Of a stretch of DNA of 59,035 nt, positions 44,128-54,211 are shown in pieces. Within the stretch, counting starts at the first letter, position 1. Each line of letters starts with the position of its first letter. The stretch covers positions 1-59,035 of IMG/VR virus record IMGVR_UViG_3300015245_000041; one strand, written 5' to 3'. Under the pieces are notes generated by a model, which saw only the letters and a list, made by a program, of their open reading frames with translations, did no database searches and was not told the origin of the DNA. Made by a program: the position numbers and the translations under genes. This stretch comes from a virus (lineage: Duplodnaviria; Caudoviricetes).

Positions 44128-44135
44128 GAGGTTAT

Positions 44136-44315
44136 ATGCCCACTCCTCGAGGCACAGAAGATCCTATTTTCTTCGTGATTACTCGCGGGGATAGTGCTGC
44201 GCCAACAAGCTTCGATGTGATGGATACACGGACTCAGGCTATTGTTGCAACATGGCCTGATAGGCAATCTGCGGTGAATGATCAGGTAGCAAGAAACGTA
44301 GTTGTTAGGGGTTAG
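44136..44315 (+). CDS. Hypothetical protein
   Basis: AGGAGG RBS. Confidence 0.65.
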   Translation: MPTPRGTEDPIFFVITRGDSAAPTSFDVMDTRTQAIVATWPDRQSAVNDQVARNVVVRG

Positions 44316-44317
44316 TT

Positions 44318-44497
44318 ATGGCGACTCGAAGACGTCGACAAACTAGTTTCAGCAAACTTTCTAACAAGCTAAAACGACAGGGTGTTAAAAACCCCAAGGC
44401 TTTGGCTGCCTCGATAGGTCGTAAGAAAATGGGTAAAGTTAAGTTTCAAGCTAAGGCTGCTGCGGGACGCAGGGCTGCTGCGAGACGGAGAAAATGA
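44318..44497 (+). CDS. 59-aa highly basic protein (absent from ORF track)
   Basis: MATRRRRQ...NPKALAASIGRKKMG...RRRK; ATGA overlap with next gene. Confidence 0.75.
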   Translation: MATRRRRQTSFSKLSNKLKRQGVKNPKALAASIGRKKMGKVKFQAKAAAGRRAAARRRK

Positions 44498-44805
44498 TGA
44501 CTGGATATCAGGATCAGCCCTTTGAGGCTTTGCTCGGTACAGAATTCGGTGGTGTGGGAGCAGAAAACAAGTATAACACCATTCAGCCCAAGCCTGCTGA
44601 AGCTTTGACTACGGCAGAAAAACTTCGTCTGGGTTATACCACCGGAGACGAAACTGATTTTCGATCACTGGAAGATCGACGTCAAATGTTGGGGCTTAGA
44701 CCGGCAAATGGTAGGCATCCAGAATGGCTTATTCACGTTAGTCCCCAAAATCGTCCAGAGCTTCTTAGTGAGTCTCAGATTCAGGGGTATGGTGGGGATG
44801 AATGA
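44494..44805 (+). CDS. Hypothetical protein
   Basis: Coupled to terminase. Confidence 0.7.
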   Translation: MMTGYQDQPFEALLGTEFGGVGAENKYNTIQPKPAEALTTAEKLRLGYTTGDETDFRSLEDRRQMLGLRPANGRHPEWLIHVSPQNRPELLSESQIQGYGGDE

Positions 44806-46184
44806 CTTCTGCGCTGGCTGAAGGGAAAGTACTCCGTAAGGATGTTTACTTTGCCGAGACGGGGTATTATCCACACCCAGGGCAGCAGCTTGTTCATTAC
44901 AATAACTCTCGTCACAGAGTTCTTTGCTGTGGTCGACGGTGGGGTAAAACTCTCGTTGGTGGTAAAGAATCTGAGACTATGGCCTTTCTCAAGAATTTTC
45001 TAGGGTTACCTATGCAAGGTTGGATTGTTGGGCCTGAGTATAGTGATGCTGAGAAAGAGTTCAGAGTTATTTATGATACTTTCATGAAACTGGGTATCGA
45101 TAAAATCTCTGAGAAGTTTCTCAACAACACCGAGAATGGCAATATGAGAATTAAGACTCGATGGGGTTTTGATATCCAGTGTCGTTCTGCTCGACATCCA
45201 GAAAGTCTTGTTGGTGAAGGTCTTGATTTTGTACTTCTAGCTGAGGGTGGAAGGCATAAAAGAAGGGTTTGGGGTGATTATATTCGCCCTGCTCTCTCAG
45301 ATAAACGAGGTTGGTCTTTTACCTCTGGGGTACCTGAGGGGGCATCTGAGAATTCCTTGCTTTATTCTCTATATCAACGAGGACAGAACCCAGAGAAGAA
45401 ACCATGGTGGTCTATCAAAGCACCAAGCTGGACTAATCCCATTGTATTTCCGGGAGGCAGGAAGGATCCTGAAATCCTGGATGCTGAGGATGATCTCACT
45501 GAGGATGAGTTTAGACGGCAATATGGTGCTGAATTTGTAGAGCGCGTCGGTCGTGTTATGGCTGAGTGGGATGATGATATCCACCTAGTTGATTTAGAGT
45601 ATAATCGACGTTGGCCTCTATATGCCGCGGTTGACTTTGGATACACCAATGACTGGGTTTGGCTTTGGATTCAGGTGGATGTTTTCAATACTGTCTATGT
45701 AATTGGGGAAGAACGGTATACTCTGCGTGATACAGAGGATATTGCTAGGAGAGAATTTCTAACACACCCACTTCTCCCTAAGTTGCTAGATATCTATATT
45801 GATCCGGCATCTCCAGATGATGCTAATGTTCTTCGTCGTATTCTCAAGGTTAATACTAAGGGTAATACTGGTGGAGAACTTAAGACTCGGCTTGCTTTGA
45901 TCCGATCCGCTCTTAAGCAAAGACCAGAACACCTGCCGGATGGTCATGTCGATAAGAAGCCTCAGATCTTCGTAGACAGGTCTTGCCAGAAACTCGCTTG
46001 GGAAATGCGAGAGGGTTACCGCTGGCCAGAAAACAGGACTGAACTTCGTAATGACAGTGAAATGCCGCTAGACAAAAACAATCATGGGCCAGAAGCACTG
46101 GGACGGTTCTTCAAGGGTCACATGGAAAGATTCTCTGAAACGAGGCGAGCTCGACAGAGTCAGGTAAAGATGGGTCGGCGATGA
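44802..46184 (+). CDS. terL: Terminase large subunit
   Basis: PH.GQ, CGRRWGKT, GEGLD, PSW.NP, QY.AEF, AVDFG, NH..EA. Confidence 0.93.
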   Translation: MTSALAEGKVLRKDVYFAETGYYPHPGQQLVHYNNSRHRVLCCGRRWGKTLVGGKESETMAFLKNFLGLPMQGWIVGPEYSDAEKEFRVIYDTFMKLGIDKISEKFLNNTENGNMRIKTRWGFDIQCRSARHPESLVGEGLDFVLLAEGGRHKRRVWGDYIRPALSDKRGWSFTSGVPEGASENSLLYSLYQRGQNPEKKPWWSIKAPSWTNPIVFPGGRKDPEILDAEDDLTEDEFRRQYGAEFVERVGRVMAEWDDDIHLVDLEYNRRWPLYAAVDFGYTNDWVWLWIQVDVFNTVYVIGEERYTLRDTEDIARREFLTHPLLPKLLDIYIDPASPDDANVLRRILKVNTKGNTGGELKTRLALIRSALKQRPEHLPDGHVDKKPQIFVDRSCQKLAWEMREGYRWPENRTELRNDSEMPLDKNNHGPEALGRFFKGHMERFSETRRARQSQVKMGRR

Positions 46185-47800
46185 CAACTCCTGCTACGGC
46201 ATTCGGTCCTTATTCTTCAGTAAAACCCTATATGAATGAGATGCCTCAATGGTATCCCGAAGAGGATCGAGAGCGTGTTGGGTCTTATCTGAAGTATGAT
46301 GAGTTATATTGGAATGATGATCTACAGTTCCGTTTGAGGATTCTGGTTGGTGAGCAACCGCTATATATCCCAAATGCTAGGACTATTGTAGATACTACTT
46401 CTCACTATTTACTCAAAGGACTTCAGATTACGGTAGAAGATCCGGAGAAACATGCAAACCTTAAAAATGCTTTAGATAAATTACTGAAGCGGGAGATGTT
46501 CTATAGCAGATTCCACATCGCCAAACACTCTGGTGTGGCTAGAGGTGATTTTGTCTTCCATATGACAGCTGATCCGAGTAAGCCTGCGGGTAAACGAATT
46601 TCTCTCAACTCCATTGATCCCTGTCTAGTTATTCCTGTTTACGATGATGATGACTTAGATAAATTGCTCAAGGTTCATTTAGTAGATATCTACTTAGATG
46701 CCAATGACCCAAATACTCAGAAGATCAAGAAACTCACCTATGAGTATACTATGGTTGGTAAAGAAAAACGGGTTCAGCGATCTGAGGGTATTTACAGGTT
46801 AGATGAGAAGTGGTGGGGACAGAAACCTACATTGGATAAGATAACTATTCCAGTAGGTCTTCTACCTGCAGCTATCACCACCATTCCCATTTACTGGTTT
46901 AAGAACCTCGAGTGGCAGGGACAACAGTATGGATCATCGGAGCTACGAGGGATTGAAAAGCTTCTCCAAGGAGTATCGCAGGCAGCTACTGACCAGGAGA
47001 TCTCTTTAGCGCTCGAGGGTCTAGGAGTATATGCCACAGATGGTGGTGCTCCGATCAATAACTCAGGTGAGGAAGTTGAGTGGGAGATTGCACCCGGCAA
47101 GGTAATGATGGTACCTTCCGGATCATACTTCAGACGTGTAGAGGGTGTAGGTAGTGTTAAACCTTCTATGGATCATATCAACTATGTAGAGAGTAAACTT
47201 CGTGAAGCCACGGGTCTTAGCGATGTTGCTCTTGGTCGAGTTGATGTACAGACTGCTCAGAGTGGAATTGCTCTAGCTATCAAGTTTATGCCCACACTAG
47301 CTAAGATCGAGGAAAGGGATCAAGCTGGTGTGGAGAAGACTCGTCAGTTATTTTTTGACTGGCAAATTTGGCATACTGTCTATGAGGGTGATTCTTTGGA
47401 TGGTAATGTTGAACCCGTCATCGGTCAAAAACTCCCTGATGATCGTGTTGCTGCGGTCAACGAGCTGAATAACATGCTCGACCGAGGAGTCATCTCTAAA
47501 AAGTATTATAGGGATGAGATGCAGAAGTTGGGGTATTCTTTCCCGGATGACATCGAGGCTGAAATTGATGCTGAGAATAAAAAGGAAGCTGAGATCAAAG
47601 CTTCGGCAGCTCCTTCTGGTCTTCAGCAAAATGCCGTAGATGCTGCTAATGGTAACATACCTCCCCCTCCCGGTCAGGGTGGTAACGGGACATTGCCCCC
47701 TAATGGAAACCGTAGTAACAATAAAAATAAGACCAACGAGAGCAAGGGTACTGAGACAGGTCAGTCTCTCTCTCGTCAATCGCGGGGCGGGAAGCCCTAG
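46181..47800 (+). CDS. Portal protein
   Basis: Follows TerL; YGSSEL, SG.AL motifs. Confidence 0.88.
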   Translation: MTTPATAFGPYSSVKPYMNEMPQWYPEEDRERVGSYLKYDELYWNDDLQFRLRILVGEQPLYIPNARTIVDTTSHYLLKGLQITVEDPEKHANLKNALDKLLKREMFYSRFHIAKHSGVARGDFVFHMTADPSKPAGKRISLNSIDPCLVIPVYDDDDLDKLLKVHLVDIYLDANDPNTQKIKKLTYEYTMVGKEKRVQRSEGIYRLDEKWWGQKPTLDKITIPVGLLPAAITTIPIYWFKNLEWQGQQYGSSELRGIEKLLQGVSQAATDQEISLALEGLGVYATDGGAPINNSGEEVEWEIAPGKVMMVPSGSYFRRVEGVGSVKPSMDHINYVESKLREATGLSDVALGRVDVQTAQSGIALAIKFMPTLAKIEERDQAGVEKTRQLFFDWQIWHTVYEGDSLDGNVEPVIGQKLPDDRVAAVNELNNMLDRGVISKKYYRDEMQKLGYSFPDDIEAEIDAENKKEAEIKASAAPSGLQQNAVDAANGNIPPPPGQGGNGTLPPNGNRSNNKNKTNESKGTETGQSLSRQSRGGKP

Positions 47801-47814
47801 AAAGAGAGCGCGAG

Positions 47815-48474
47815 ATGCGTCACGTTCCATGGTGGCTCCACGATATGATCCTTCGCGGATATGAGGGCGAGGGGGATGATGGTGAAGGTTCCACTGAGTC
47901 TCAAGAGGGTTCAGAATCCCAGGAGGAGACTGGGGAGACCGGGGAAACTGAGGAAAAGCCCCCTGAGGATTTGAGTGGCTTGAAAGGAGCTTTGGACAAA
48001 GAGCGAAAGCTCAACAAGAATAACACAAAGCTTCTTAAGCAACTCCAAAAGGAAAAGGCAGATCGAGAAACTGCTGAACTGGGTGAAACTGCCGCGGCGA
48101 AGAAGCAAGCTGAGGATGCAGCTGGACGAGTTACTGCTCTTGCTGCCAAGCTCAAGACTTCCGCAGTAGATTCTGCTATTGTTAAATTAGCTACTAAGTA
48201 TAAGTTTCGGGACGTGGATGATGCTCTCTCTCAGGTTAATCGTACAGGCATTGAAATTGAACAGGACGAGGATAGTCCTGAGGATGTCGAGGTTGATCTA
48301 ACTACGGTTGAGGCTGCGGTTAAGGCTTTGGCTGAAAAGAAGAAGTATCTGATTCAGTCTGAGGGCGAAACTGATCCTAGTGGCTCCCAGTTCGCTGGTG
48401 AAAGAAAGGACAAGAAGACCTTGGATAAGGAAGCCCTCATGAAGAAGTATCCAGCCCTGAGAGGAGTTAACTAA
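47815..48474 (+). CDS. Capsid scaffolding protein
   Basis: Acidic N-terminus, LK.AL.KER coiled coil, ends YPAL. Confidence 0.8.
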   Translation: MRHVPWWLHDMILRGYEGEGDDGEGSTESQEGSESQEETGETGETEEKPPEDLSGLKGALDKERKLNKNNTKLLKQLQKEKADRETAELGETAAAKKQAEDAAGRVTALAAKLKTSAVDSAIVKLATKYKFRDVDDALSQVNRTGIEIEQDEDSPEDVEVDLTTVEAAVKALAEKKKYLIQSEGETDPSGSQFAGERKDKKTLDKEALMKKYPALRGVN

Positions 48475-48923
48475 TGGGTGCAAGGTATGATAAGTATGAT
48501 GGGGTTACTGGAGGATTCCGAGGAGTCCTTGCAGCTGACCTCACATTCAGTGCTGCAGGTGAGTTCGGTCCAAAGGCTGTCTCACTTGATGCTACTGGTA
48601 AGGTTGTAGTTGGTACGGCAGCTGCCTCTGGTTTTGTTGGACTTCTGGTCAAGAACGTTCCTCTATACCCAAACCTTGGTAGTGTTCTTGGTGCAGTAGC
48701 TACTGGCATCCCCGTCGGAGGTCGTGCTGGTGAGGTTGTAGATATTATGACCGACGGGGAGATTGTCGATGTCCCCGGCCTTGCAGCTGGTACTAAATAC
48801 TATGCCAACGCTGATGGAACCCTTGGCACAACTAACACCCTGGGATTCATTGGTTGGACTGCTGAAGTTCAGGGCAATGGGTTGTTCCGCCTAGTCGTCC
48901 GCTGCGGCGGCCGGTATCTTTAA
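48474..48923 (+). CDS. Capsid cement/decoration protein
   Basis: Between scaffold and capsid; Gly-rich beta protein. Confidence 0.7.
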   Translation: MGARYDKYDGVTGGFRGVLAADLTFSAAGEFGPKAVSLDATGKVVVGTAAASGFVGLLVKNVPLYPNLGSVLGAVATGIPVGGRAGEVVDIMTDGEIVDVPGLAAGTKYYANADGTLGTTNTLGFIGWTAEVQGNGLFRLVVRCGGRYL

Positions 48924-48955
48924 CAATTAGTATAGAATAAGGAGGAAGACCCAAT

Positions 48956-50125
48956 ATGGGAAACCAGAGCATTTATGAACTGCTTGCTGACCCCGGTGCT
49001 GTAGATCAGCTTTACGATGACATCTTGTTCAGTGGTTATGAGCAGGGTTTCAATGAGCGCGCCGATGTTATGGTGCAAGCTGCTGATGGTACAGATCTCA
49101 ATGAGATCTTTCGGGAGATTCAGCAGATTCTGGCTTTGCGGCAGTCTCTTCGTAATCAGCTTGTTGACCAGTTCACCTACCAGGTAACTGATGTTATTGA
49201 GCAGGTTGCAGTTCCGAGCGATGTTGACTTTGAGGTTGCTACGGAATATGGTCAGCCTAAGGGTATTCGCGGTGGCAAGCGATTTAACCGCGGTTACGAT
49301 TTTCAGTTCTATGACCTAGCGGTTCGTTACACCTGGATGTTCTTGGCTGAAGCTGATCGTGCTCAGATTGAGAACTTGAATAACCAGGCTCTTGATGCAG
49401 ATAACCGTCTTATTTTCAACAAGGTCTTGAAGACTATCTACAACCCGACTAACCAGTTGGGTACTGCGGATAACAATATCCCAGTGACTGTCAATAAGTT
49501 CTTCAACGGAGATGGTGAAATTCCTCCGATCTGGAAGACTAATACCTTCCTCGGTTCTCATACTCACTATGTGGGTAGCAATGGGGCCTCGCTTGTTCCT
49601 GCTAACATCCAGCTTATTGAGGATGATCTTTATTCTCATGGTTATGGTGTGCAGAATGGTACCAAACTGGTGCTATATGTTAGTCGACAAGAGGGTAAGA
49701 TCATTCGTGGCTTTAAGGTTGCAACTGGTGCTACGTATGACTTCATCCCAACTGAGGGTTATGGTGGTGGGGTTATTCTTCCCGCTAGCATGGGCATTGT
49801 TGCTCAGCCCGGTCAGGCGGTTGCAGGCCAGATTGGTACTTATGGTCCGTGGCATATTGTGGAAGATATCTATTTTCAGCCGGGATACATCATTGGTCTC
49901 GCTTCGGGTGGACCTGATGACTTGATGAATCCCATTGGTATCCGACAGCACAAGAACCCGGCCTACCAGGGTTTGAAGCACATTCCGGGTGGAAATGCAG
50001 CTTACCCCCTTATTGACTCATTTTATCGACATGGGTTTGGTACGGGTGTTAGGCAGCGTGGTGGTGGTTTCGTCATGCAGATTGTGGCGAGTACAACTTA
50101 CACTACTCCGGCTGCATACGTTTAA
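48956..50125 (+). CDS. Major capsid protein
   Basis: Size, position, strong RBS, ATEYGQP motif. Confidence 0.88.
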   Translation: MGNQSIYELLADPGAVDQLYDDILFSGYEQGFNERADVMVQAADGTDLNEIFREIQQILALRQSLRNQLVDQFTYQVTDVIEQVAVPSDVDFEVATEYGQPKGIRGGKRFNRGYDFQFYDLAVRYTWMFLAEADRAQIENLNNQALDADNRLIFNKVLKTIYNPTNQLGTADNNIPVTVNKFFNGDGEIPPIWKTNTFLGSHTHYVGSNGASLVPANIQLIEDDLYSHGYGVQNGTKLVLYVSRQEGKIIRGFKVATGATYDFIPTEGYGGGVILPASMGIVAQPGQAVAGQIGTYGPWHIVEDIYFQPGYIIGLASGGPDDLMNPIGIRQHKNPAYQGLKHIPGGNAAYPLIDSFYRHGFGTGVRQRGGGFVMQIVASTTYTTPAAYV

Positions 50126-50142
50126 TAGGGAAGGAGTAGATA

Positions 50143-50499
50143 ATGCCAGTGGTTGATGACCCTCGGGTCGAAGGTTCTGTGTACTATCATGGGGGTCGTT
50201 GGGTGGATGCTAACGGCAACGAAGTCGACAATGAGACTGCTCGACGAGTTCGTCTTCAGGTCAAGAAGGCTAAGACTAATGCCCCAGTGACCCATGAGGC
50301 TCCACCAGATGAGCCTGAAGAAGATGAAGAGTATGATGATGACGAGGATGTCGTTGATTACTCGGGTATGAGTAAAGATCGCCTGATCCAGGAGATTAAT
50401 GCTCGTAACGTCGATCGAGCAGAAGAAGACCTGATCCCCGTTACAGGTAACAAGGGAGATCTGGTTGCAGCTCTTGAAGAGGATGACGAAGCGGAGTAA
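50143..50499 (+). CDS. SAP/HeH-domain protein
   Basis: YS.M.K..L.......G.K.DLV..LE. Confidence 0.7.
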   Translation: MPVVDDPRVEGSVYYHGGRWVDANGNEVDNETARRVRLQVKKAKTNAPVTHEAPPDEPEEDEEYDDDEDVVDYSGMSKDRLIQEINARNVDRAEEDLIPVTGNKGDLVAALEEDDEAE

Positions 50500-50502
50500 G
50501 CC

Positions 50503-50838
50503 ATGGCAGTTTCCGATGTGGATCGTCTCAGAGCTTTGATTGGTGAGAAGATCCCAGATGGTGGCGAAGAAACAGATACCCAGTTCAGTAATGTGGAGAT
50601 GGAAAATCTACTTCTAGATTCCGGATACCATCTAGAGCGAGCGGCATTTGAGGGATGGAGACTCAAGGCGGCTATCTATGCTGACTTGGTCAACGTCACC
50701 GAAGGAAATGCCTCTCGACAGATGTCAGACTTGCATAAGCATGCTCTGGATATGGTCAAGGCTTACTCAGTAACTAGTTCTGTTCTAACTCAGGGTAGAA
50801 CTAGGATAGGTAGGATTCGGAGGCGCTACAGTGGATAG
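50503..50838 (+). CDS. Head-tail adaptor
   Basis: LR.LIG...FS..E...AA..W..KA. Confidence 0.75.
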   Translation: MAVSDVDRLRALIGEKIPDGGEETDTQFSNVEMENLLLDSGYHLERAAFEGWRLKAAIYADLVNVTEGNASRQMSDLHKHALDMVKAYSVTSSVLTQGRTRIGRIRRRYSG

Positions 50839-51214
50839 AAAAGGCCTCATGGTAATGCGTCGCAACCTAGACGCATTTATCAGATCGGATCCTACTATGA
50901 TCACCTTAGTACGAACAGCAAAGGTACAAACTAGTGCGGGGGGATGGGTCAAGGGGACTTCCACACCCATTCCCGCACAGCAGATGAGATTTGTGCCTTT
51001 TAAGCGTCGTATGAGTGATGCTGTTAATAATACTCAGGATGGTCCTCTATCACTAGCAGAATATATTCTAGTAGGCAGATATAATGTTGATGTCCAAAAG
51101 GGTGATGAGTTCGATTATAATGGGCTTCACCACTCTGTGACCCAGATTGAACCCAAAACCCAAGATCGAGCTCAGACCGATAGAGTAACTATTGCTCTAG
51201 AGATACGAGATTAG
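50831..51214 (+). CDS. Head closure/stopper
   Basis: Position; DVQKGD.F. Confidence 0.65.
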   Translation: MDRKGLMVMRRNLDAFIRSDPTMITLVRTAKVQTSAGGWVKGTSTPIPAQQMRFVPFKRRMSDAVNNTQDGPLSLAEYILVGRYNVDVQKGDEFDYNGLHHSVTQIEPKTQDRAQTDRVTIALEIRD

Positions 51215-51215
51215 C

Positions 51216-51575
51216 ATGGCTGGCGGATTCTTTCTTCTCGAGAATACTCTTGGTGCTGTCTTTCAGAGTGAACGAGCTCTGGAGCAAGCCAAGAAAGAAC
51301 TTGAGGATATGGCTCCGAAGATACTACAGTATGCTAAGACTAATGCCCCTTGGTCAGATCGAACGGGTTCAGCTCGCGCAGGACTTGGTGTGGAAGTCGA
51401 TATCGAGGGTTCAGAGGTAATCCTTACTTTATCTCATGGGGTCAACTACGGTCTTTTTCTTGAGACTATCCAAAGTGGTGAGTTTGCCATCATCATGCCT
51501 ACACTCGAGGCTTACGCAGCTGAAGTAATGAATGCTACAAATGCTATACAAACTGGAGAGGACTTGAATGGATGA
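51216..51575 (+). CDS. Neck protein (HK97 gp10-like)
   Basis: NAPW.DRTG.AR.GL...H.V.YG.FLE. Confidence 0.8.
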   Translation: MAGGFFLLENTLGAVFQSERALEQAKKELEDMAPKILQYAKTNAPWSDRTGSARAGLGVEVDIEGSEVILTLSHGVNYGLFLETIQSGEFAIIMPTLEAYAAEVMNATNAIQTGEDLNG

Positions 51576-51967
51576 GTACTCGACGGTTTGTCTATGAGAC
51601 CCTGGGGAATTATGTTCCCTTACAGGCTTTGGTGGCAGATAGAATCTACCAGGGTGAGTCCCTCGATAAATCAACACAAGTTAAACCGTTCATAGTATAT
51701 CGCATGGGCAATGATACGGATATGAATTTTGCTGAGGCAGATAAGTTTCCCCATCAGCAGTTCTTTTTAATCTATGCCCATGATGAGCCCGCGGATTACA
51801 GTAAAGTTGACGATATTTTGAATGCCTGTATACAGGCTTTTAGGTTAGCTAACTCTGTACCTTATGGGATCACGGCAACAAGATATCTTGAGACTAGTCG
51901 GGATTTAGATGATGCAATCTTAGCTACAATCATGAGATATTCTCGATTTCAGTTCATCATGAGTTAG
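51572..51967 (+). CDS. Tail terminator
   Basis: L..LV.DRIY...PFIVY; position. Confidence 0.75.
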   Translation: MSTRRFVYETLGNYVPLQALVADRIYQGESLDKSTQVKPFIVYRMGNDTDMNFAEADKFPHQQFFLIYAHDEPADYSKVDDILNACIQAFRLANSVPYGITATRYLETSRDLDDAILATIMRYSRFQFIMS

Positions 51968-51975
51968 GAGACCTC

Positions 51976-52245
51976 ATGAAGTCGATTGTATATGTCGGAC
52001 TTGCAGATACTCGGGTTCTGGAGTCCTCTGACATTGAACGAATGGGGCTTGAACAGAAGAAGTCCTTCAGTTTTAACAAGAATGAACCTCAGGAGGTAAG
52101 TAAGCAAGTTTTTGATGTGCTTTTGAATAGTGGGGAATTCACAGAACATACAACTTCGGAAGAAGTTGAAGATTCATTGCTCGATGATTCATCGGGTAAT
52201 GCAGGATCTATCGATAAGATACCTGAGGATAAGGCTGACGCTTAA
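51976..52245 (+). CDS. Hypothetical virion-associated protein
   Basis: AGGAG RBS. Confidence 0.65.
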   Translation: MKSIVYVGLADTRVLESSDIERMGLEQKKSFSFNKNEPQEVSKQVFDVLLNSGEFTEHTTSEEVEDSLLDDSSGNAGSIDKIPEDKADA

Positions 52246-52314
52246 AGATATGGCCTAATGACGCATTATATCAAGCGTGATTGCCATTGCCCTAGGGATT
52301 ATTTGGGAGTGATC

Positions 52315-52545
52315 ATGCATGAATTAAGATGCGGTAATACAATGCACGGTCGTATGCTTGATGAAACAAGGCTTGAGGTCAAGTGTCATCGTCGTGCATG
52401 TGGTCATGTTTCGGGTGTTGTTGTATTACATGTGTTTGATACTATGACTGGTAAACTTCTTGAGACAAAGAAGTATGCCGATCCACAGAAGGGACAGGTA
52501 AGCTATGGTTCAAGCGAATCCGGCCTTGCCGTTCGGTCTGCGTGA
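52315..52545 (+). CDS. Com-like zinc-ribbon protein
   Basis: ELRC....H...LEVKC....C; GGAG RBS. Confidence 0.65.
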   Translation: MHELRCGNTMHGRMLDETRLEVKCHRRACGHVSGVVVLHVFDTMTGKLLETKKYADPQKGQVSYGSSESGLAVRSA

Positions 52546-53053
52546 TGTTCGACTTTATCCACTGAACCCCGATTGGTCTGTGGGGACAGGAGTCGATCTT
52601 CCCGCTGCTCGTACTTTTACTTTCAGTGATACGGAAACTTTTGTAGATCTTGAAGGTGATGATACGACTATCGCATCTCACGGTGCAGGGCCGACCGTCG
52701 ATTGGGACTTGGAAGCGGGGGGTATTTCCCTAGCAGCTTATGTTGTTTTAGCTGGAGGTGCCATCGTTCGTACAGGTACTACGCCAAACATCAAAGACAC
52801 ATTTACTAAACTTACTACAAATGCTCGACCTTATTTTCAGGTAGAGGGGCAGGCTATCTCGGACAGTGGGGGGGATCTCCACTGCGTAGTTTATCGTTGT
52901 AAGGCTACTGATACTCTTGATGGCAATTTTGAGAACGGTGCCTTCTACCTTACTAAGGGTAAAGGTAAGGGGTACGGAGATACTCAGGGTCTAGCTCCTA
53001 CGATGAAACTTTACCAGTATATCCAAAACGAGACGGCGGTCTCGATCCCATGA
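52505..53053 (+). CDS. Major tail protein
   Basis: PFGLRDV...L.GDD...YF..EG; upstream of chaperones. Confidence 0.85.
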   Translation: MVQANPALPFGLRDVRLYPLNPDWSVGTGVDLPAARTFTFSDTETFVDLEGDDTTIASHGAGPTVDWDLEAGGISLAAYVVLAGGAIVRTGTTPNIKDTFTKLTTNARPYFQVEGQAISDSGGDLHCVVYRCKATDTLDGNFENGAFYLTKGKGKGYGDTQGLAPTMKLYQYIQNETAVSIP

Positions 53054-53448
53054 CCGACATGACTGCGTTCATCCAGGATCCAACTGCAAGTAACGTAGTA
53101 ACACCTACATATACAGCTTGTACTGCTACGGATAAGTTCTTGGCAGGTCAGGGTAGTAGATATATGCTTCACTACAAAAATGGAGCTACACCTACTGCTG
53201 GTGCTATCTATGTAAGTGAAAAGCAAGCTCAAGCTCCAGCTGGGGCTCTTCCCCTAGTCAATGGGGTTCCATCTACTAAGTGGTCTGATCTTCAGGTTAT
53301 CCCGATCGGAGGTATTGCAGCAACTACCGAGAAAGTTGTGGTAATTGACAATATTACACCCTATATCGATTCTTTGGGGTTTGTCAATTTGCTACATGGT
53401 GGTACTCTCACTACTTTGACAGTGGCTATTCTCGGTCCATTGTCATAG
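53050..53448 (+). CDS. Hypothetical virion protein
   Basis: ATGA overlap; beta-rich. Confidence 0.65.
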   Translation: MTDMTAFIQDPTASNVVTPTYTACTATDKFLAGQGSRYMLHYKNGATPTAGAIYVSEKQAQAPAGALPLVNGVPSTKWSDLQVIPIGGIAATTEKVVVIDNITPYIDSLGFVNLLHGGTLTTLTVAILGPLS

Positions 53449-53482
53449 TATTATCTAACAGGATCCCCAGGAGGACCTAGTC

Positions 53483-53959
53483 ATGGTAACAGCTAAGAAA
53501 AGTGTAGATAGTAAAAAAACTACTACGGTTGCAGCTTGGAAGTCTGGATTTGATCCCTTCTTAGAGCTCCCCAGTGGTAAAGTTCTTAAGGTTAGAGCGG
53601 CAGTTGGTTTTCAGTCTTTGCTGAAAGCCGGGGTTATCCCCAATTCCCTTATGGGTATTGTCCAGTCAGCTATGGATAATGGCAAAGAACCTGATCTTTC
53701 CAGCTTTACTGGTGATACTAGTAAGATTAATCAGATGCTCGTCATGATCGATAGCATTGTTATGTTCATGGCTGTTGAGCCTGAAATCCATGAAATCCCC
53801 CCTGATGATGAAGAACGAAACTCGGACTTGTTGTATGTGGATGAGGTCGAGGATACTGATAAGATGTTCATCATGCAATGGGCCACGGGGGGTACCCGCG
53901 ACTTGGAGCAGTTTCGTCTCGAGGCTGGATCAGTGTTGGATATTGTACACCGAAGCTAA
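53483..53959 (+). CDS. Tail assembly chaperone (G)
   Basis: LPSG..G.IPN.L...LY.D.V...DK.FI; between tail tube and TMP. Confidence 0.8.
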   Translation: MVTAKKSVDSKKTTTVAAWKSGFDPFLELPSGKVLKVRAAVGFQSLLKAGVIPNSLMGIVQSAMDNGKEPDLSSFTGDTSKINQMLVMIDSIVMFMAVEPEIHEIPPDDEERNSDLLYVDEVEDTDKMFIMQWATGGTRDLEQFRLEAGSVLDIVHRS

Positions 53960-54194
53960 AACATGGTCAGTAAGGCCATCAAGCCTAGTCGGTTTAGCGG
54001 GCGATGAGTATGTAGCTTACTGTTTTGATCAGGCAGTAGGTTATGTTGGTCGTCGAATTGAGAATGAGCTCGAATCTGTAGAGGGTAAAAATGATGCTGA
54101 GATAAAACATAAACGAGAGATAGTTTTATCGCGGTATTTTAGTGATAATAAAGTATCTGGATTTGCTGATCCCGCAGCTATGTTCAGTAAATAA
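53912..54194 (+). CDS. Tail assembly chaperone extension (GT) via predicted +1 frameshift
   Basis: +1 frame open across CAG TTT CGT (53909-53917) to 54194. Confidence 0.65.
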
Positions 54195-54211
54195 TCGATG
54201 AGGGGGTACGA

